DNA of 63,981 nucleotides, counting the filler, from an uncultured bacterium (GTDB taxonomy: Bacteria; CAYJOG01): assembly GCA_964371695.1 (NCBI GenBank). It is 19 parts of 19 records of this genome, joined end to end, with 100 filler letters (N's around TTAATTAATTAA, not from the genome) between each part and the next. Parts side by side here need not be neighbours in the genome. Positions count along the whole stretch, not along the records: positions 38,148 to 41,460 come from CAYJOG010000396.1; positions 41,561 to 44,860 come from CAYJOG010000397.1; positions 44,961 to 48,244 come from CAYJOG010000398.1; positions 48,345 to 51,614 come from CAYJOG010000399.1; 15 more parts are not named here. One strand, 5' to 3'. The notes under the pieces were generated by a model, which saw nothing but the letters and a program-made list of their open reading frames with translations, searched no databases and had not been told where the DNA came from. Shown in pieces: positions 39,926-48,623 of this stretch. Position 1 is the first letter of the stretch, and the number at the start of each line of letters is the position of its first letter. The position numbers were made by a program, and so were the translations under genes.

Positions 39926-40678
39926 TTAATGATGCTCTCCCGGATGATGATGATGGTGAACGGCGCGCACCGGCATGCCATAGAGTTTTTCCAGATTGGC
40001 GAGGTCCAGGTCTCCCACGCAGTGGCTTTCCAGCCGCCGGTTGACACAGGCCACCTCGCTCACGTAACTGGAGACAAACCCCACGTCGTGGGACACCACC
40101 ACAATGGTCATTTCCCGGTTCAGGCCCCCTAAAAGGGAGAACAGGTTTTCTTCGCTGGGTTGATCCACGTTGGCGGTGGGTTCGTCCAGCAGCAGCAGCC
40201 GGGGCCGCTTGGCCAGGGCGCGGGCCAGCAGCACCCGCTGGCGCTGACCACCGGAAAGCGCCTCAAAAGCGTGATGCGCCAAGTGCGCCACGCCCAGTTG
40301 CTCCAGCGCCAGCCCGGCTTCTGTTTTGTCCTCAGGCGAATAGCGGCCAAAAAGCCGCCCCATGCCCAGCCGCCCCGTGAGCACCACCTGCATCACGCTG
40401 ATGGGAAACCGCACGTCCATCAGCATCTGCTGGGGCATGTAGCCCACCTCGCGCCGCGCCGCCACCGGCGGCAACCCCAACACACGCACCTCGCCCGACA
40501 GGGGATTTTCCAGCCCCAGCAGCAACTTGAGCAGTGTGGATTTGCCGCCGCCGTTGGGGCCGATCAACCCCACAAAAGCCCCCTGGGGCACCGTCCACGT
40601 CACACCCTCCAGCACCAGCCCCGCCTCATAACGATGGCTCACACCGGTGACTTCGATGGCTGGGGCCTTGCGCATCAT
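39926..40678 (-). CDS. znuC: Zn/Mn ABC transporter ATPase
   Basis: GPNGGGKST, LSGGQRQR, LDEPT and SHD motifs; His-rich C-terminus. Confidence 0.9.
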   Translation of the reverse strand: MMRKAPAIEVTGVSHRYEAGLVLEGVTWTVPQGAFVGLIGPNGGGKSTLLKLLLGLENPLSGEVRVLGLPPVAARREVGYMPQQMLMDVRFPISVMQVVLTGRLGMGRLFGRYSPEDKTEAGLALEQLGVAHLAHHAFEALSGGQRQRVLLARALAKRPRLLLLDEPTANVDQPSEENLFSLLGGLNREMTIVVVSHDVGFVSSYVSEVACVNRRLESHCVGDLDLANLEKLYGMPVRAVHHHHHPGEHH

Positions 40679-41460
40679 GGCCGTCTGGAAAACTCCTCAC
40701 GCAGCAGCCCCGTCAGGCGGCTGAGTTCCCCAGAATAACAATCCGCGCCCAGCACCGAAAACGCCGCCACCCTGGCCCCCACGGCGCTGGCCACCACGCG
40801 GGCGCTTTTCCGGCTCAGTTCCCGCTGGGCCAGCACCAGACGGATGTTCTCGCGGCGGGCCTGCTCCACGGTGTGCTGCAACTGCCGGGGCGTGGGGTCG
40901 TGGCCGCCCGCCTCGATGGCCAGTTGTTTCAGGCCGTGGTCGTGGGCCAGATAGGCCAGTTCCGGGTGCAGCACCAGAAAAGTCTTGCCCCGGTGCGGCG
41001 ACAGGGCCTTGGCCTGAAACTGGTGCAACGCCAGCAGACGTTTTTTCAGGACAAGGCCGTTTTTTTCAAACGCCCCTGCTCCCTCCGGCAGCATTTTTTT
41101 GAAGACGGTTTCCATTTTTTCCGCCGCCATCAGCGCCCGTTTCGGACTCACCCAAAAATGCGGGTCAGGTCCAGTGTGTCTTTGCCGCCCTTTTTGGTGT
41201 GCGTCTTCTCTGGAATGGTTTTCTGCGTCGTGATGGTTGTCGGCAAACTTCAGCAACGGCAACCCCTCTGACATCACCACCACTTTCAGGCCGGGCATGG
41301 CTGCCCGCACCCGCCTGAGCCAGGTTTGTTCAAACGGCACACCCAGCACCAGCAACAGGTCTGCCTGCTCCAGCGCCGCAAGCTGGCGGGCGGTGGGGTC
41401 AAAGGCTTCCATGCTCTGGCCGGGGGGCAAAAACACATCCACTTTTACCCGATCCTGCCC
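40675..41460 (-). CDS. znuA: Zn/Mn ABC transporter substrate-binding protein (5' partial)
   Basis: His-containing loop, DPHFW.SP and HP..AY motifs. Confidence 0.88.
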   Translation of the reverse strand, partial: GQDRVKVDVFLPPGQSMEAFDPTARQLAALEQADLLLVLGVPFEQTWLRRVRAAMPGLKVVVMSEGLPLLKFADNHHDAENHSREDAHQKGRQRHTGPDPHFWVSPKRALMAAEKMETVFKKMLPEGAGAFEKNGLVLKKRLLALHQFQAKALSPHRGKTFLVLHPELAYLAHDHGLKQLAIEAGGHDPTPRQLQHTVEQARRENIRLVLAQRELSRKSARVVASAVGARVAAFSVLGADCYSGELSRLTGLLREEFSRRP

Positions 41461-41560
41461 NNNNNNNNNNNNNNNNNNNNNNNNNNNNNNNNNNNNNNNN
41501 NNNNTTAATTAATTAANNNNNNNNNNNNNNNNNNNNNNNNNNNNNNNNNNNNNNNNNNNN

Positions 41561-41916
41561 GGGTGGAACAGGCGTTTCCGGCGGCGGCCCGCCACGACAA
41601 ACTGGTTTTCAGCGCCTGGGGCTGCGAGGCGGCCCGCGAAGAACTGGAAAGAAACGGCCGCCGTCAGGTGCTGGTGGTGGGCCAGGAGACACACGTGTGT
41701 GTGTATCAAACCGTGCGGGACCTGCTGGAACACGGCTTTGAGCCCCATGTGCTGGGCGATGGCGTCATCAGCCGCAGCGAAGAAAACCGCAGCACCGGCC
41801 TGAGCCTGATGCAGAACGGTGGCGCGGTCATCACCAGCCTGGAAACCGCCCTTTTTGACTTGGTGAAACAGGCTGGAACAGATGCTTTCAAGGTGCTGAG
41901 CAAGGCCATTCGATAA
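41561..41916 (+). CDS. Isochorismatase-family hydrolase (5' partial)
   Basis: K..FSA and G.ETHVCVYQT..DL motifs. Confidence 0.88.
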
Positions 41917-41957
41917 ACCACTGATTTAGTGCCAATAAAAACAAGAACAAATTTTTC

Positions 41958-41986
41958 TTGACAAACCAAGTGATGTTTTTCACAAT
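41958..41986 (+). promoter_or_regulatory. Sigma70 promoter with overlapping CRP/FNR-type site
   Basis: TTGACA (41958-63), 17-bp spacer, CACAAT (41981-86); AGTGA-N6-TCACA at 41969-41984. Confidence 0.65.
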
Positions 41987-42202
41987 AACCGTCATCACTA
42001 CAACGCCGTAGGGTTTCGGGCGACGGTGAAATCGCCAACGCCAATTCACACCAGGAGGAAGCAGACGGCCACGCAGAACACACCGGAGACTTCCTCCGGT
42101 TTTGGTTCGAGAGGCGCGTCTGTTTAACCTGCCCGGTGTCACCATTCCCGCGCAGCGCCTCCTGTCCGTTTTCTGCCCCATGGGGCCAGAAGGAGGTGTT
42201 TC

Positions 42203-42400
42203 ATGGTTTTTTCTTCGACAAACTCCAGCTTCTCCTCTTACAATCGTGTTCAACAGCGCTTCACAGCGGCGGCGCAACAGGCACCGGAGCCTGAAAGGAT
42301 TTCCACTCTCCCTTTCACGCCTAACCGGAGGCCCACTGTGAAAACCAGCCCGCTCCTTTCCCCGATTGCTTTCGTCAGGGGCTTGGGGGTGCGCTCATGA
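42203..42400 (+). CDS. Small upstream ORF (65 aa)
   Basis: AGGAGG 6 nt before the ATG; stop overlaps the next start (ATGA); no recognisable domain. Confidence 0.45.
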   Translation: MVFSSTNSSFSSYNRVQQRFTAAAQQAPEPERISTLPFTPNRRPTVKTSPLLSPIAFVRGLGVRS

Positions 42401-43995
42401 GCGGGGGCGTGGGTGTGGATCAAACCCTGCCGCTTCTGGACCGGGTGGACGCAACGGGGCGATATTCTCCTGACCCGACAGAGGGCCATGCCGTGGTGGT
42501 GGCCCGGACGGGGGGACTCATTCCGCCGCGCCCGCCGGGCGCCGGTGAGCAATACCGTTTTCATTTTGACATGACCAAGTGCATCGGCTGCAAGTGTTGC
42601 GAGGTGGCCTGCGCCGAGCAGAACAACAACCCGGCTGGCATTTCGTGGCGGCGGGTGGGCGAAATCGAAGGCGGAACCTGGCCCCACACCAAGCGGCATT
42701 ACGTCTCCATGGGTTGCAATCACTGCGTGGACCCCGCCTGCCTGAGCGGCTGCCCGGTGGAGGCCTACACAAAAGCCGAAGACACCGGCCTGGTGCTGCA
42801 CAGCGCCCAGCAGTGCATCGGTTGCCAGTATTGCACCTGGAACTGCCCCTATGGCGTGCCCCAGTTCAACCCCGAACGCAAAGTGGTGGGCAAGTGCGAC
42901 ATGTGTCACGGGCGACTGAAAGATGGTCAGGCCCCGGCCTGTGTTTCGTCTTGCCCCCAGGGGGCCATCACGGTGGAACTGGTGCGGGTGGAAGACTGGA
43001 AAAACAGCACCCGGCGCGACGCCGAAGCCCCCGGTGTGCCAGAGTCGGGCCTCACGCTTTCCACCACGCGCATCACCCTGCCCTCCTCCATGCCGGTGGA
43101 AATGCTCAAGGCCGACGCCCACCTGCTCAAACCCGAACACCCCCACACACCCCTCATTGCGCTGACGGCGCTCAGCCAGATTGGCCTGGGCGCGGCGCTG
43201 GGCATGTGGCTCATCAGCCTGTTTTCTCCGGTGCCTCTTGCGGCCATGGCCCTCACGCTCACGGCCATGGGCCTGGGGCTGGCGGCGTCGTTACTGCACC
43301 TGGGCCGCCCCATTCATGCCATGCGGGCCATGCGGGGCTGGCGCACAAGCTGGCTCAGCCGCGAGGCCATCGGCCTGGGAGCCTTCATGGGGCTGCTGCA
43401 CCTGTGGCTGGGAGGCGTGGCCCTGAAAGACCACCTGAGCGTTCCTGTCCCCGGCGGCCTGCTGTGGGTTTTGGGCGGCCTCACGCTTTTGGCTGGCGCG
43501 GCGGGGGTATACGCCAGCGCCCGTATTTATCTGGTGCCCGCCCGGCCAGCTTGGTCTACCCGCTACACCCTGCCCCATTTCTTTTTGGGCGGACTGGCTG
43601 CGGGCCTGCTGGGTGTGATGGCCCTTTCGCCCGGTGCGCCCGCGCTGGTGCCGGGGCTGGCTGCTTTTTGCAGCGCCGCCGAGGTGGGGCTTTTCGGCTG
43701 GCTGCTGCTGCACCTGTTGCACAGCGAAGCCCCGGAACTGCGTAACGCCGGCCTGCTTTATACCCGGCGTTTTCGCAACATGAGCGCCCTGCGCCTGTTG
43801 TTGCTGCTCACCGCCGGTGTGGCCCTGCCGGTGTATGGCCTGTTGCAGGAACTCTCCCCCACCCTCTGGGCCGCTGCGGGCGCGCTCTCGCTGCTCACGC
43901 TGCTGATGGGGCGTTTCCTGTTTTTCGTCACCGTGGTGCCCCGCAACATTCCTGGCCATTTCTTCAGCGGTTCGGCCACAGGAGGGACTCACTAA
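42397..43995 (+). CDS. 4Fe-4S dicluster (DmsB-like) fused to DmsC/YnfH membrane anchor
   Basis: CIGCKCCEVAC, CNHCVDPAC...CP, CIGCQYCTWNCPY and KCDMC...PAC..CP, then SLLHLGRP and SWLSRE within about eight TM segments. Confidence 0.92.
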   Translation: MSGGVGVDQTLPLLDRVDATGRYSPDPTEGHAVVVARTGGLIPPRPPGAGEQYRFHFDMTKCIGCKCCEVACAEQNNNPAGISWRRVGEIEGGTWPHTKRHYVSMGCNHCVDPACLSGCPVEAYTKAEDTGLVLHSAQQCIGCQYCTWNCPYGVPQFNPERKVVGKCDMCHGRLKDGQAPACVSSCPQGAITVELVRVEDWKNSTRRDAEAPGVPESGLTLSTTRITLPSSMPVEMLKADAHLLKPEHPHTPLIALTALSQIGLGAALGMWLISLFSPVPLAAMALTLTAMGLGLAASLLHLGRPIHAMRAMRGWRTSWLSREAIGLGAFMGLLHLWLGGVALKDHLSVPVPGGLLWVLGGLTLLAGAAGVYASARIYLVPARPAWSTRYTLPHFFLGGLAAGLLGVMALSPGAPALVPGLAAFCSAAEVGLFGWLLLHLLHSEAPELRNAGLLYTRRFRNMSALRLLLLLTAGVALPVYGLLQELSPTLWAAAGALSLLTLLMGRFLFFVTVVPRNIPGHFFSGSATGGTH

Positions 43996-44860
43996 TGCCC
44001 AAAACCATGACGCCTCTCAAATCGTTAATCTCCCGCGCCGCCTGGCTGGCGGGGCTGGACACGCTGGAAGAAAAATATGCCTACGGCCACGACCAGAAAC
44101 ACGGCTTCATGGCCGCCGAAAAAATCCCCGACACCTGGACCAAAACCACCTGCGGTTATTGCTCGGTGGGCTGCGGCATGGAAATCGGCGTGAAAGACGG
44201 CCGTGCGGTGAGTGTGCGGGGAGACGAAACCCACCCCGTCAACCGGGGCAAGTTGTGCCCCAAGGGCCTGTCCGAGCACTACATTCTCGACGCTCACAAC
44301 CGGGCCACCCACCCCCTACGCAAAAACAAAAACGGCCGACTGTCGCCCATCGGCTGGGACGACGCTCTTCAGGAAATGGCCACCACCTTCCGCGCCACCA
44401 TCCAGAAACACGGCCCCGGCTCGGTGGCGGTGATTGGCACCGGCCAACTGCTGAGCGAAGAGTTTTACGCCCTGGGAAAACTGGTGCGCCTTGGCATTGG
44501 CGCGGCCCACAACGACGGCAACACCACGCTTTGCATGGCCAGCGCCGTGGCGGGTTACAAACGCTCCTTTGGCAGCGACGGCCCGCCGGGAGCCTATGAC
44601 GACCTGGAAAAAGCAGACGTAATTCTGCTGGTGGGGGCCAATATCGCCGACAACCACCCCATTCTCTGCCACCGCATGGCCCAGAACCCCGGCGCTTTTG
44701 TGATCGTGGTGGACCCCCGCGTGAGCAAAACCGCCATGATGGCGAACCTGCACCTGCCCATCAAAAGCCGCACCGACGTGCAACTCATCAACGGCCTGCT
44801 GGGCTGGCTGATGCAGGAAAATCGCCTCAACCAGGATTTCATAGACGCCCACACCGAAGG
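43995..44860 (+). CDS. Molybdopterin oxidoreductase, NasA/NarB-type nitrate reductase (3' partial)
   Basis: TCGYCSVGC, G.LCPKG, GQLLSEE.Y, NTTLCMASA and FGSDGPP motifs; no Tat RR motif. Confidence 0.88.
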
Positions 44861-45185
44861 NNNNNNNNNNNNNNNNNNNNNNNNNNNNNNNNNNNNNNNN
44901 NNNNTTAATTAATTAANNNNNNNNNNNNNNNNNNNNNNNNNNNNNNNNNNNNNNNNNNNNCCGGGCCGTAGCCATTCACGACGAATGGCAAGGCCAATAA
45001 AACCAATGAACATTCAAAATAGCAGGAATGTTCATTGATATAAAAAAGTTCTCGCCACGCAAGCCAACACCCCCCAAACCCCCATGAGGGGGTTCGCGGT
45101 GGGGCCTGCGGCCCCGGCTTATATCAGTTTTTTCTGGGCTTCACCCATTCATGCAACAACGCCAGCTTTGATTGTTTTTTGCATC

Positions 45186-45322
45186 GCCCTCACCCGGTTG
45201 CTGGCCAGAAAAGACTTGGCCAGCAACCACCCTCTCCCATGCAAGGCACGGGAGAGGGGAAAGAGCGGCTCTTTTCCTTCTCCCGTCCGCAGGATGGGAG
45301 AAGGTGGCCGAAGGCCGGTTGC
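45186..45322. repeat. Family A variant units
   Basis: CCCTCACCC-GGTTGCTGGCCA..TGGCCAGCAACC-CCCTCTCCC..GGGAGAGGG, followed by an inverted CCTTCTCCC..GGGAGAAGG unit. Confidence 0.75.
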
Positions 45323-45324
45323 CC

Positions 45325-45876
45325 TCAGGCCGCTTTTTTCCTCAGGCGAAAGCCCGTGTGTTCTTCGCCAAACCATGCCGGTTTCATGGCTTCGGGAATC
45401 ACCACTTCTTCGGGCACTTCGGCGGTGCCCAGCAAAAAGTCAAACAGCGGACTGGTGAGACCGTAGTTGCTGTGGGCGTTTTTGAAGTGGTGGTGAAAGT
45501 GGAACTTCCACATCCATTCTTCCCATTCATTTTGCGGGGCGCGCTGGTGCATGAGGCCGTGATAAAGCGTGACCAGCGCATAACCCGTGAGCAGCCCCGC
45601 CGAGAGCGGCAGGCTGCGGCCCGGCCCCATCAGCGGCGCCGCCACCAGATTGATCTCTGCCACGGTTTTGGCCAGCAAGGGCATGTTGGAGGTCATTTCG
45701 GCCCAGGGCGTGGCGTATTCACCGGCGGTGCGGTGGTGTTCCTGATGGGCCGTGTAACTCTCGTGCCCCACCTTTTTGTCGTGGCCGCCCCAGCGGTGCC
45801 ACACATAATCCAGCACCGGCGTCAGCGCCACACCGGCGGCATACCAGCCCAGAGCCTGTCTGATGGATTTGTTCAC
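45325..45876 (-). CDS. Sterol desaturase/fatty acid hydroxylase family
   Basis: His boxes HRWGGH, HQEHH, HGLMH and HFHHHF, plus NYG.TSP. Confidence 0.88.
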   Translation of the reverse strand: MNKSIRQALGWYAAGVALTPVLDYVWHRWGGHDKKVGHESYTAHQEHHRTAGEYATPWAEMTSNMPLLAKTVAEINLVAAPLMGPGRSLPLSAGLLTGYALVTLYHGLMHQRAPQNEWEEWMWKFHFHHHFKNAHSNYGLTSPLFDFLLGTAEVPEEVVIPEAMKPAWFGEEHTGFRLRKKAA

Positions 45877-46065
45877 GGGAGCCTCCTTGAGGGGGGAATG
45901 GAACAGGTTCAGGATGGTTGTGAAACCGGAGTGGCGGCGATGTCCACAACGCCATTTTTACTCCGCGCGGTGGGGACACCGCGCCTACTCCTTTTGTGAC
46001 GATTGGGCGGACAAGCAAAGCGGGAAACCATTTCCATGATAACAGGCTTATGGCTTTGCTAGTCT

Positions 46066-46896
46066 TTGCCCGGAATGCCGCAGGCCCACGCCCCACTTTT
46101 TGGCCCTCACCACCAGGCCGTGATGTTTCAGGAAAACACCGTGGTGCTGGCCAACCGGCAACTGGGCGCGGGGCTGTTTCTGCTCACGCTGGGGGCGAAA
46201 AAAATCCAGCGCGGCGCCGTGCCCGGCCAGTTTGTGAACCTGCTGTGCGAAGGCGGGGCTTATCTGCGCCGCCCCTTCAGTTTTTATGACGTGCGCAAAA
46301 ACGAGGTGGACCTGCTGGTGCAGGCGGTGGGTGTGGGCACCCGCTGGCTGCGGGGTCTGCAACCGGGGCGGATGGTGGATGTCATCGGCCCCCTGGGCCG
46401 GGGGTTTGGCCCCATGCCCACGGCCAGGACCGACGGCCCCCTGGTGTTTGTGACGGGCGGTGTGGGTTATCCGCCCCTGCACCACCTTTATAAAACCCTG
46501 GGCGCGCGGGCGCGGCGCATTCGTTTCATTCACGGCGTGCGGGGCAAAAAAGAGGCCGCGGCCTATGGCCCCCTGCTGCACCCGGATGTGCTGGTGGTGA
46601 CCGAAGACGGCAGCAGCGGCCATAAGGGCCGGGTGACGGATTTCACCGCCGACCTGCGCCAAGGCACGGTGGCGGCCTGCGGCCCCATGGCCATGTTGCA
46701 GGCGTTGCACAACCAGCTCGCGCCACGGGGCGTGCGGGTGATCATCAGCGTGGAAAGCCCCATGGGTTGTGGTTATGGCGTGTGTTTTGGCTGCTCGCTC
46801 AAACGGGCCAAAGGGGATAGTTATCTGCTGAGTTGTTTGGAAGGCCCCGTGATGGACAGCCGCGCAATTTTCGCCGTGCCGGGCGAGACCCCGTGA
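46066..46896 (+). CDS. pyrK: Dihydroorotate dehydrogenase electron transfer subunit
   Basis: PGQFV, LRRPFS, GPLG.GF, GGVG, CGP..M and MGCGYGVCFGC...C.EGPV motifs (start may be 46123). Confidence 0.88.
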   Translation: MPGMPQAHAPLFGPHHQAVMFQENTVVLANRQLGAGLFLLTLGAKKIQRGAVPGQFVNLLCEGGAYLRRPFSFYDVRKNEVDLLVQAVGVGTRWLRGLQPGRMVDVIGPLGRGFGPMPTARTDGPLVFVTGGVGYPPLHHLYKTLGARARRIRFIHGVRGKKEAAAYGPLLHPDVLVVTEDGSSGHKGRVTDFTADLRQGTVAACGPMAMLQALHNQLAPRGVRVIISVESPMGCGYGVCFGCSLKRAKGDSYLLSCLEGPVMDSRAIFAVPGETP

Positions 46897-47831
46897 TTGT
46901 CTGTGTGGGCCAGGCAGCGCTCAAACTGCGCGTGGTGCTGGCGGGGGCTTTGCGCCCCGGTCACGACCACGCCGCAGCGGGTGTGCGGCACGAACCATCG
47001 GGCGAGGCTCTGCTGAGCGCCTGCGCCGTGGCGCGGCTGGGGTTTCCGGTGGTGCTGCTGGCGGCGGTGGGGCTGGATGACCGCAGCGTGCGTCTCAAGC
47101 GTTTTTTGCAGCATCACGGCCCCGATCCCAAACATCTCATCAGCCGCAGCGACTGCCCCACCAGTCTGGAGGTGGCCATCGAAAGCCCGCTGGAACCCCA
47201 CGACGCGCTCACCCGCGTGGTGGCCCCCGGCGCGGCGCTTTTGCTGGATCGCCAAGCCCTGAAAGACCGCCGCCCTCTGCTGGGGGCCGCCACCGTGCTG
47301 GTGGCCGACGGCGGTTTGCCGCTGGACACCCTGGCCTATCTGGCCACCACGCGCCACCTCAAACAGGCCCGGCGGTTGCTGCATCTGGGAGCCATCCGCG
47401 AGGTATGGCGTGAGGCGGGCGCACGGGAGGTGATACGGGGGTTTGACGAACTCATCGTGACGCCCGGCGCGCTGGAAGACTGGCTGGGCCGACCTCTGCC
47501 CCAGCCCAACCACCTTTATGAGGCCGCCCACACCCTGCGGCGCGACCTGGGGGTGGAGGTGGTGGTGGACCTGATGGGTCTGGGGGCCATGGGGTTTGTG
47601 GGGGGCGAGCTGAAGCACCTGCCCGGTTATACCCTGGAGGTGGCCGAGCCGGGCCACCTGCGGCCGGGGCTGCTGGCGGGTCTGGCGGTGGCAAGCTGGA
47701 ATGGCGTGAGCGGCCTGGAGCGCCTGGCGCTGGCCCTGCGCCTGAGCGCCCTGTGCGCCCACAACCACGGCGGGCCAGAGAACTTTCCCACGCTGGAGGA
47801 ACTCAGCCAGTTCCAGACGTTTGTGGGGTAA
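46893..47831 (+). CDS. PfkB/ribokinase-fold protein with degenerate active site
   Basis: ARLG..V.L..AVG.D N-terminal signature and FPT.EE tail; the D..GAGD motif is missing. Confidence 0.7.
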   Translation: MIVCVGQAALKLRVVLAGALRPGHDHAAAGVRHEPSGEALLSACAVARLGFPVVLLAAVGLDDRSVRLKRFLQHHGPDPKHLISRSDCPTSLEVAIESPLEPHDALTRVVAPGAALLLDRQALKDRRPLLGAATVLVADGGLPLDTLAYLATTRHLKQARRLLHLGAIREVWREAGAREVIRGFDELIVTPGALEDWLGRPLPQPNHLYEAAHTLRRDLGVEVVVDLMGLGAMGFVGGELKHLPGYTLEVAEPGHLRPGLLAGLAVASWNGVSGLERLALALRLSALCAHNHGGPENFPTLEELSQFQTFVG

Positions 47832-47877
47832 GGCAGGGTCATGCTGGATGTGGGTTAATAACACGGTGTCGTCATTT

Positions 47878-48052
47878 GCCCTCTCCCTGAGGGAGAGGGC
47901 AGCCAAAGGTTGAGCAACGCGAAACCTGCGGCGGGTGAGGGGGGGGCAGGGCACAAAAAACCCTGAATTTTTGGGCGTTTTATTTCCCCCTCACCCGGAC
48001 ATGGCTTCGTTTTTACTCCGCCATGTCCCGCCCTCTCCCTCAGGGAGAGGGC
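47878..48052. repeat. Inverted pair of family A units
   Basis: Reverse-complement homolog of 2789-2967. Confidence 0.9.
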
Positions 48053-48103
48053 ATTTTTCGTATCTTCTGAAATGTTTTGCCGTAGTCTCACCACCCGAAA
48101 CCC

Positions 48104-48244
48104 ATGCCCACACCCCTCGTCTTTTCACTCTGTGCTGACGACCCCTTTGCCGGTTTGCTGGCCGCGCACCTTGGGGGCCAGACGGGACAACTCACCACCC
48201 GCCGCTTTGCCGATGGCGAAACTTATTTGCGGGTGCTGGACAAC
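48104..48244 (+). CDS. prs: Ribose-phosphate pyrophosphokinase, N-terminal fragment
   Basis: RRFADGETYLRV motif. Confidence 0.75.
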
Positions 48245-48344
48245 NNNNNNNNNNNNNNNNNNNNNNNNNNNNNNNNNNNNNNNNNNNNTTAATTAATTAA
48301 NNNNNNNNNNNNNNNNNNNNNNNNNNNNNNNNNNNNNNNNNNNN

Positions 48345-48617
48345 GTCCCCCTTCCAGGCCTGGCCGCCCAGTTTTTCGAGCAGCTTGATGTCCCAGGCCT
48401 GGGGATAACCGCCGTAGGGCTTGGTCTCCACGTTGTTCCAGAACATTTCCTCCTGACCCTTGCCGCTGGTCCACGTGGTTTTACAGGCCACCGAGCAGGT
48501 CTGGCAGTCAATGCACTTGTTGGTGTCGAAGATGTAGGCGATCTGCCGCTTCGGACGTGAGTCCTCGTAGGGATACTCCATCTTCCTTTTCAATTGCCAG
48601 TTGTTGACTTGAGCCAT
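48345..48617 (-). CDS. nxrB: Nitrite oxidoreductase/periplasmic nitrate reductase beta subunit (3' partial)
   Basis: [28 protein letters not shown] and [14 protein letters not shown] match the periplasmic NxrB-type N-terminus. Confidence 0.88.
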
Positions 48618-48623
48618 GGCGGG

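Noticed and set aside
42005-42120. ykkC/guanidine-I riboswitch (TAGGGTTTCGG ... GGTTCGAGAG)
   Set aside because: The 5' motifs resemble it, but the required 3' GGGA.AAAAGCCCGG element is absent. It is kept only as an unexplained structured leader.
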